DNA of 64,000 bases from Hydrolagus colliei (lineage: Eukaryota), in assembly GCA_035084275.1 (NCBI GenBank), contig CM068757.1, positions 5,952,001 through 6,016,000 on the forward strand, given 5' to 3'. The number at the start of each line of letters is the position of its first letter. The first letter of the stretch is position 1. The translations under genes and the position numbers were made by a program. The notes under the pieces are model-generated. The model was given only the letters and a program-made list of their open reading frames with translations, had not been told where the DNA came from and made no database searches. Shown piece after piece: positions 57,727 through 64,000 of the stretch.

Positions 57727-59644
57727 CGTGGTGATATTCCCTTGGTTTCTTCTTCTTTGTTCTCTGATGCATAGATCAGAGATGCAATCCAGTGAACTAA
57801 ACACAAGACAGAGAAAAGTAAGCTTTACCCTTTTCAATTCGTGTTTTTAATTTTTTTGCAGTAACGACAGTACAATATTGTTCAATATTGTTATTGAATA
57901 CAAAGGGTTTCAAATTCTGATTGGGGAAAGGTTTCCACTGTTGACGCAAATAACATTTGTGTCTGCAGTGTTGAGAGATAAAGCTCTGAGAAACTATCCT
58001 GGGTGATGGACGCTATATAAGTGCAAGCTGTTTTAGAACACCTACTGAAAAGGGGTGGTGGGGTGGAAATGGGAGGGAATATACTACTTTCTACTTTCAC
58101 ATGTGGCAAGACAGTAGAACAAGAGGAAGCAGAGTTAAAGATACAATTTTAATATAAAGCAATTTCAAGATAGACACCCATGCTATTTTACCTGGGTGGT
58201 GGTGGTGGAGGGGAGGGGGTTGGGCAGGGTGGGTGGGTGGAGAGAGAGATTACAAAGAGCAATTAAGTGAATACTTTTTTAGTGGGGAGATCTCTGGATC
58301 CGCAAGTTCATCAAACACAATAAGCCCTTTCAGCTGGAAATTTGTGATAAACTGGGCCTGTCAGACTCTCGGGAACTCGAGGCAAATGGTTGTGAGAAGT
58401 TTGAATGTACTGGATGTACATTTAGAAAGCAAATGGTGAATAAGCCACTGTGTTGTCATGCAAACAAACAAGTAAGAGAATCAGACAACAGCCATAAAAT
58501 AAAAATCACAACTTAACTTCCAGGCACAGCTTTCTGTTTATAACACTGCAGCTGCAAAGCACAGCACGGTGCAAAGGCTTAACATGCAACAGGACAAACA
58601 TAACAGACTCCCATTAGCCTGCTGGAACTATCAATCCGCCCTCGTAACCAATTAATCTCAAGTCATATCTATAGGGTTTATTTAATATTTTATATTGGCC
58701 CCGTTATAGGAGTGGAAATAGTAATAATGGAAACAATTTTATTTCTTCAATAAACAGTAAATCTCTTAGCAGTAAAATTTACTTTTAAGAAGAATACATT
58801 GTCAACAGCAATGCCCCCTCAGTGCTCAATCGTGGCGGAGTATGTTATTACGATCTTCAGCAAGGGTGAAAGAATTGCCAGTAATTTACAGTCCCCAGTG
58901 ACAGATTCTATTTGCCTCATACATATGATAGAAGCCAAAGCTGCCTAATAAATTGTGCAAACACTTGCAAACACATGTGAAAGAATACTGTTGTGCATTA
59001 TGAAATCACCACTTTACCAAAGAGCTGGAAAACCGTGCACTCGAACTCTAGTTGTTAACCCAATGAATAAAGGATTTTCACAATCTAAAGGAATTAAGTT
59101 GCCAGTTATGAATAAAATACCATCTGTCACATTTTTGACTCCTTTTTTCCCCACTTACCCACTTTGCTGGATTTCTATCTGCTGTGTTTATGCTCATCAG
59201 GGCGGCTGAGGTGGTGTGTACGTTAATGCAATGATAGCCTGGAAGATGAGTCTCAGAAAGAGAGTTTTGAAGATCAATTGTAGTATCCCTAATAAGGGCT
59301 AATGTGTAGGCTCCAATCTCTGCCAGAAATAGACATGATATCTTAGGCTGTTCGTAACCACTTCTAGAACAGCTGGGGTTTCCTATCAACTGTCTGCTGC
59401 CAAAGTTCCACTCTCGGCATTTAAGTATCGCTCAAACAGGTTAAATGTCTGTGGGTTGTGTTTTTGAAAAATATATTAAGGATAAATCAAATAGTTCATA
59501 TGTCAGGAAAATGCATAACCTATTACAGTATATTCATACTTGAACACAATTAGCCTTGCCATATTCAATTATTCCATATTTTGAATGTGTTGTTATAATT
59601 TAGCACAATTTAAGTAAACAAATAAAAACAACTTTACGCTAAAT

Positions 59645-59785
59645 AGTAATAATATTCCTTGCATTTGATATTGCACTTTTCACATCTTCTAGAAATCTCA
59701 AAGCACTTTGCATCCTGTAAAGTGAATTGACTGTATATTTGTGTGAGAAACGTGGTAGCCAATTGCGCACAGCAGTGTCCCATAA
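59645..59785 (-). mobile_element. 5'-truncated Deu-domain SINE
   Basis: Tail and Deu core on the minus strand. Confidence 0.85.
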
Positions 59786-61581
59786 AAGGCTGATCTGCTC
59801 TCAAGGGGTTAATACAGGAACTCTGGAGCCTAAAATAGATCAGTTCATAAGCAGTTCACCCAGAATTTGTTTCTCCTCTGCATGATGGTTGCTTTGTGCA
59901 ACTCAAGTTGGTTGAATCGAAAACAGCTGCACCCAGCATCACAGTGCTTTGTGTTTTGGATTGACTTCTCATCCCTCTGTTTCTGCCCCCACATACTCCG
60001 TTGGCTGATAAATACAAAGAAAGAGGTTTTCAGATGGATGGTAAAGTGTCTGCACTATTAGCACCTCAGCAGAGACTCACCATTTCCCAGACATCAGCCA
60101 CAAGCTGAATGCTATTGTATCCTGTGCTCCTGTTTGGATTCAAAAATCAGGAGAAAGGAGTAAGCCAGCAGATATTGTCACCAATTCCTGATTTTCCGCA
60201 CTATGTGATGGAACCATATTAACATCAACTTGCAGTATGTTTTTGATTACACCACAGAGCACACAGGTTTCTAAAAAAAAACAGGGATGGCTGGACTGCA
60301 GGAATATGTGTGAATTTCCTTCAATGGATAATTTTTTTTGCTGAGTTCCATGATTAATGCTGATGGTACTCGATCCTCTGGTAAATTTAAAAATAAGTAG
60401 GTCACACCGTGTAGGGGAAAATAAGCAGGAAACTATTAGGGCATTCAATAAAACCTGAGCAATTTTTATTTTGTGTTGTAAATAAAAGAATAATAATTTG
60501 GTTCAGTCGATCCATGACTGTTTGTGGAATACTCCTATATAGAGAATTGGCTGCTGCGTTTCGCACACAAAATATACAATAACAACTTTGATTTATATAG
60601 CATCCTCCACGCCGGACACCATATACAGACAATCCACTTGATAATATATTCTGTGTAGCGCTTTGAAATGCCTCAATGACATGGTAAGGTGCTGTATCAA
60701 ATGCAAGGATTGTTATTATTATTGTTGCCTGGTTTCATTGATATTATTTAATACCTGTTAACTAGAAACAGACTCTCTGAGGTCTAACCCAGGAGTCCAG
60801 TATCCATCTCCGTTACTTATAAACTGATTGCGAAACTCACATTTTATCAGCTATGTAATTTTCGTACAACAGCAATAATGTGCATCTCGATTCAAAGGGC
60901 TTGCAAAGCCTCGATTCAAAGGCGAATCACTACACCACAAATGGGAATGACCTCGCTGTTCCTCGAGACTCGAGACTGTGTCCTTTGCTATTTCACTAAC
61001 CCGCCAAAGGACTCTACTTATTCCCAAGACTATTTATACACAGAAGAAGATCATATGCAGTCGGAGATCATTGACAAGAATTTCACAGAGGCGATGGATT
61101 GAGTTTCTTACAAGCTCTGACTTGGATTGCAGCCGTGTCACGAGATTAGTTTGGAATGAAGAAGCTCCTCTGACCTATTTGATCTCATCCTTCCACCTAT
61201 TCTACCGTCCAGTTCAGTCTAGTCCAGTCATGTAGGATAGCATATCAAAACCTTACAAAGATCAAGTGTATCACCAGGAAAGGTATAGTGGTGGGGGGAG
61301 AAATGTACTCTGAATACAAGACTACTACACGATAGACAATGGAGAGGCACAGAATCATCTATACTGACCAAGGACAGCTGAGGAATATCCTGCAAGACTG
61401 TTTTAATCATTGGATTGGATTGCATTATCAGGAACTCTTTTACAGGTTCCACTCTTCTGCACATTGCAACCATTATATTTAATTGCTTATTCAGAACTCA
61501 ATGTGCTTGACCAAATGTGCTTGGCACCCAAGCAATGGGTTGGGATCAGAGAGGGGTGATGTGCAGGTGGGGTGTGGGGGG

Positions 61582-62137
61582 AACAACAACAACAACAATT
61601 TACATTTATATAGCGCCTTTCACGTCGGGAGGACGTCCCAAGGCGCTGAACAAGAGGCGTGTGACCCGAGCTGGGAGGGGAGTGTTTGGGAAGGGGTGAA
61701 ACACGAAGGGGAGGTAAAAGAGTTCGGGGTGGAACAAAAGGCACGATCGAAGAGGAAAGTCTTCAAACCGGCCTTGAAAGAGGAAAGGGAAGAGGCGAAA
61801 CGGAGGGATTGAGGGATGGCATTCCATAAGGTGGGAGCGGAGAAACTGAAGGCCCGGCCTCCGATGGTGGGGCGGTTCGGGCGGGGGGCTTGGAGCAGGC
61901 CAAGTCCTGTTGAACGGAGGGTCCGGGTGGGCGTGTAGGGGTAGAGTAGATCGGTTAGGTAGGATGGGGCAAGGCCGTGTAAGGCCTTGTAGGTGAGGAC
62001 GAGGATCTTAAACTCGATCCTCTGGAGGATGGGGAGCCAGTGGAGACGGGCGAGGGTGGGGGTTATGTGGTCACGGAGGCGGGTGCGGGATAGTACACGG
62101 GCTGCAGAGTTTTGGATGGCCTGCAGCCTATGAATGG
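61582..62137 (-). mobile_element. 5'-truncated L2 LINE with uninterrupted ORF2 C-terminus
   Basis: 171 open codons 62135-61623: HRLQAIQNSAARVL..RDHITPTLARLHWLPILQRIEFKILVLTYKALHGLAPSYL..GGRAFSFSAPTLWN..FKAGLKTFLFDRAF; TGA 61620-61622; (TTG)n tail. Confidence 0.93.
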
Positions 62138-62714
62138 AGGAATGGAAGAGGGTTAGGTGAGGGGGAGGAGGTGGAGGTGACTGAGGACACGGTCAAAAAG
62201 GAAGTTCTTGAGGTGGGCTTTGAATGAGGCAAGGGAGGGTGCAAGGAGGAGAAGCTCTGGGTTGGAGTTCCAGAGGGTGGGGGCAGGCAGGCTGAAGTCC
62301 TGACCGTCGATAGTGGACCAGACAGAGCAGGGGATGTGGAGCAAGCCAGAACCTGCAAGGTATTAAACAGAGTACTGCATTAAACTTGCCCACTCTGGTG
62401 GCCTTTAAAGATCTCCTGGCACTATTTCAAAGAAAATCAAGGAATTCTCCCTGTGTTCAGTCCAACTTTGTTCCCTCATCCACCCAAATAATTGGCCATT
62501 CATTCGATTGTTTGCAAGAATTGTCTGGTGCAAATTGGCCGTTATGGTTTGGTTACATAATAAGTGTTATTACAACTAATATCTCATTTTGCGAAGGTCT
62601 TTGAGATGATTTCAGCATGATAAGCATGAAATGTCTCTGATTTGCACAATATCATTATCTAAAATAAGGCAGTTTTTTTTTAACTAGTTAATAAAAGCTT
62701 GATGTTTTACTTAC

Positions 62715-62807
62715 CAATGGAGATGTGATCCAGAAAACTATTTTTTCTCTCTGTTGAACACCAACAGTAAACGATATGGCTCATAAATGAAGTCTTGTGA
62801 TTTGCAG
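62715..62807 (-). other. Candidate 93-bp exon of unknown transcript (possibly SLC26 gene 5' UTR)
   Basis: Strong acceptor TTCTTCTCCCGGTCTCCCACTCAG| and donor TTG|GTAAGT; open only in phase 1 (ANHKTSFMSHIVYCWCSTERKNSFLDHISI); no homology recognised. Confidence 0.3.
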
Positions 62808-64000
62808 CTGAGTGGGAGACCGGGAGAAGAATTTTGCTAAATTGTTGTTCTCAAAAATCCAAATGAACTTAAATCTACAATGATCGCATTCTCAGTAACA
62901 GGATCTTCAGAAGAACAAAGTAGCCTCAAGCACAAAGATGAAACTGAGTTTGGCCAAAGGACAGCTAATTTTAATTTGTCTTTGTTTATTTATATTTTGT
63001 CCATTCAAGTAGGTCATTTCAACCCTTGGCTGATTTCATTCTCCGATCAAATTGGCGTGTTTACTCATGGGAAAAAATTTAATGGAACAGCAACAAGTCT
63101 TCTCTAAAATTTAGTGGGTAGAAATTCCACTAAGGTATCTAGGAACTAGCAACTTGTTGCATTCAGTTCTAATTTTGAAGTCAGTTTTCTACAGTTTCAT
63201 AAAATAACTCCGAGGAAGCAGGAGTTTGAAATTAAGAATTTGCAGAATTCTGGATGTGTTCAATGTTGCTTAAATCTAGACCCAAGTGGAATTTCTTCCC
63301 ATGGATATTTATTTCAGGAGTATCAGTGCCACAATCACCGAGTTTTCAGGCAGGCACAGTAGGCGCAGGCATGGCCAAAACGCTCAGCCAAGGATTTTGT
63401 GGAAGTCTGTCAGCTTAGTGACCGGAGGTTAGCACGCTGTGAAGTTCTGCCAACTTATAGCTGCTGCAATTTCAATGCAATTTATCATCCCTTGCGTTCC
63501 TTCACTTTCTCCTTCCCAATTTACCGTTCCTCTCCCACGACAACAGCAAAATTACATTTATAGAGCGCCTTTCACCTCCTGGATGTGCTGACTCACTTAT
63601 AGTTCCGTGGGCAAAAGACCAAAGTTGCCATGCTTCATGCTTGAGCGAGACAAGGAATGTCGGTAGGCTGGGCGACTGTAAGGCAACAGATCAGAACTGA
63701 GCCCATTCCTACATCCTGTTTGCACCAAGCTTCCAGCATGCACATTTTCCAACAGACGTTATTTGATAATGATCAAGGCGAAGTGACCTGGCAGATTGCA
63801 ACACTCCCTGACCCTAGAGGCAACGTCTCCCGTTCTTATCCACCGCCCTGACCAAGATCAGCACGCAGCAGACACCAGGGCTTGGACCTGGTTAGACCTG
63901 ACCACAACTGTCAATCAAGCACTTTTATTTTAAATTGCCATTTAAGTTTGGATTGATGTTATAGACCATAGAAATTTACAGCTCAGAAGAAGACTCTTGG

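Noticed and set aside
60878-61235. CpG-richer segment with short ORFs and a duplicated CTCGATTCAAAGG 13-mer
   Set aside because: No frame gives a recognisable protein or a consistent pair of splice sites; left uncalled.
1-64000. CRISPR arrays, rRNA, prokaryotic operons or defence systems
   Set aside because: The sequence is spliced vertebrate DNA; repeats are dispersed retroelements or simple repeats with no repeat-spacer periodicity.

Overview
AT-rich vertebrate genomic window, most likely a cartilaginous fish (inferred from the single-coding-exon RAG1 and the DeuSINE/L2/CR1 repeat content; the species cannot be named from sequence alone). Gene order: RAG2 (3' part, +) convergent with RAG1 (-, intronless CDS, predicted non-coding exon 1 at about 10460-10600), then ELF5 (-, 6 coding exons), NDUFS3 (-, 7 exons) head-to-head with KBTBD4 (+, 3 coding exons), PTPMT1 (-, 4 exons), a compact SPSB3-like SPRY/SOCS-box gene (-, 4 coding exons) and an intronless, highly divergent SLC26/STAS gene (-). 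Exons were assembled by hand from splice sites and reading phase. Non-coding DNA is dense with a tRNA-headed Deu-domain SINE sharing its tail with L2 LINEs, plus CR1 fragments, a 300-bp hAT MITE with a perfect 8-bp TSD, and G/C-run minisatellites. Most notable: (1) RAG1 has Lys at the position of the transposition-suppressing Arg848 of mouse RAG1; (2) the intronless SLC26 protein has its canonical anion pocket rewritten; (3) ELF5, not TRAF6, sits about 2 kb upstream of RAG1; (4) perfect 32-bp and 22-bp hairpins lie between the two convergent gene pairs. Reference residue numbers and reference sequences are recalled from memory and need confirmation by alignment. No CRISPR array, true tRNA or rRNA gene was found.
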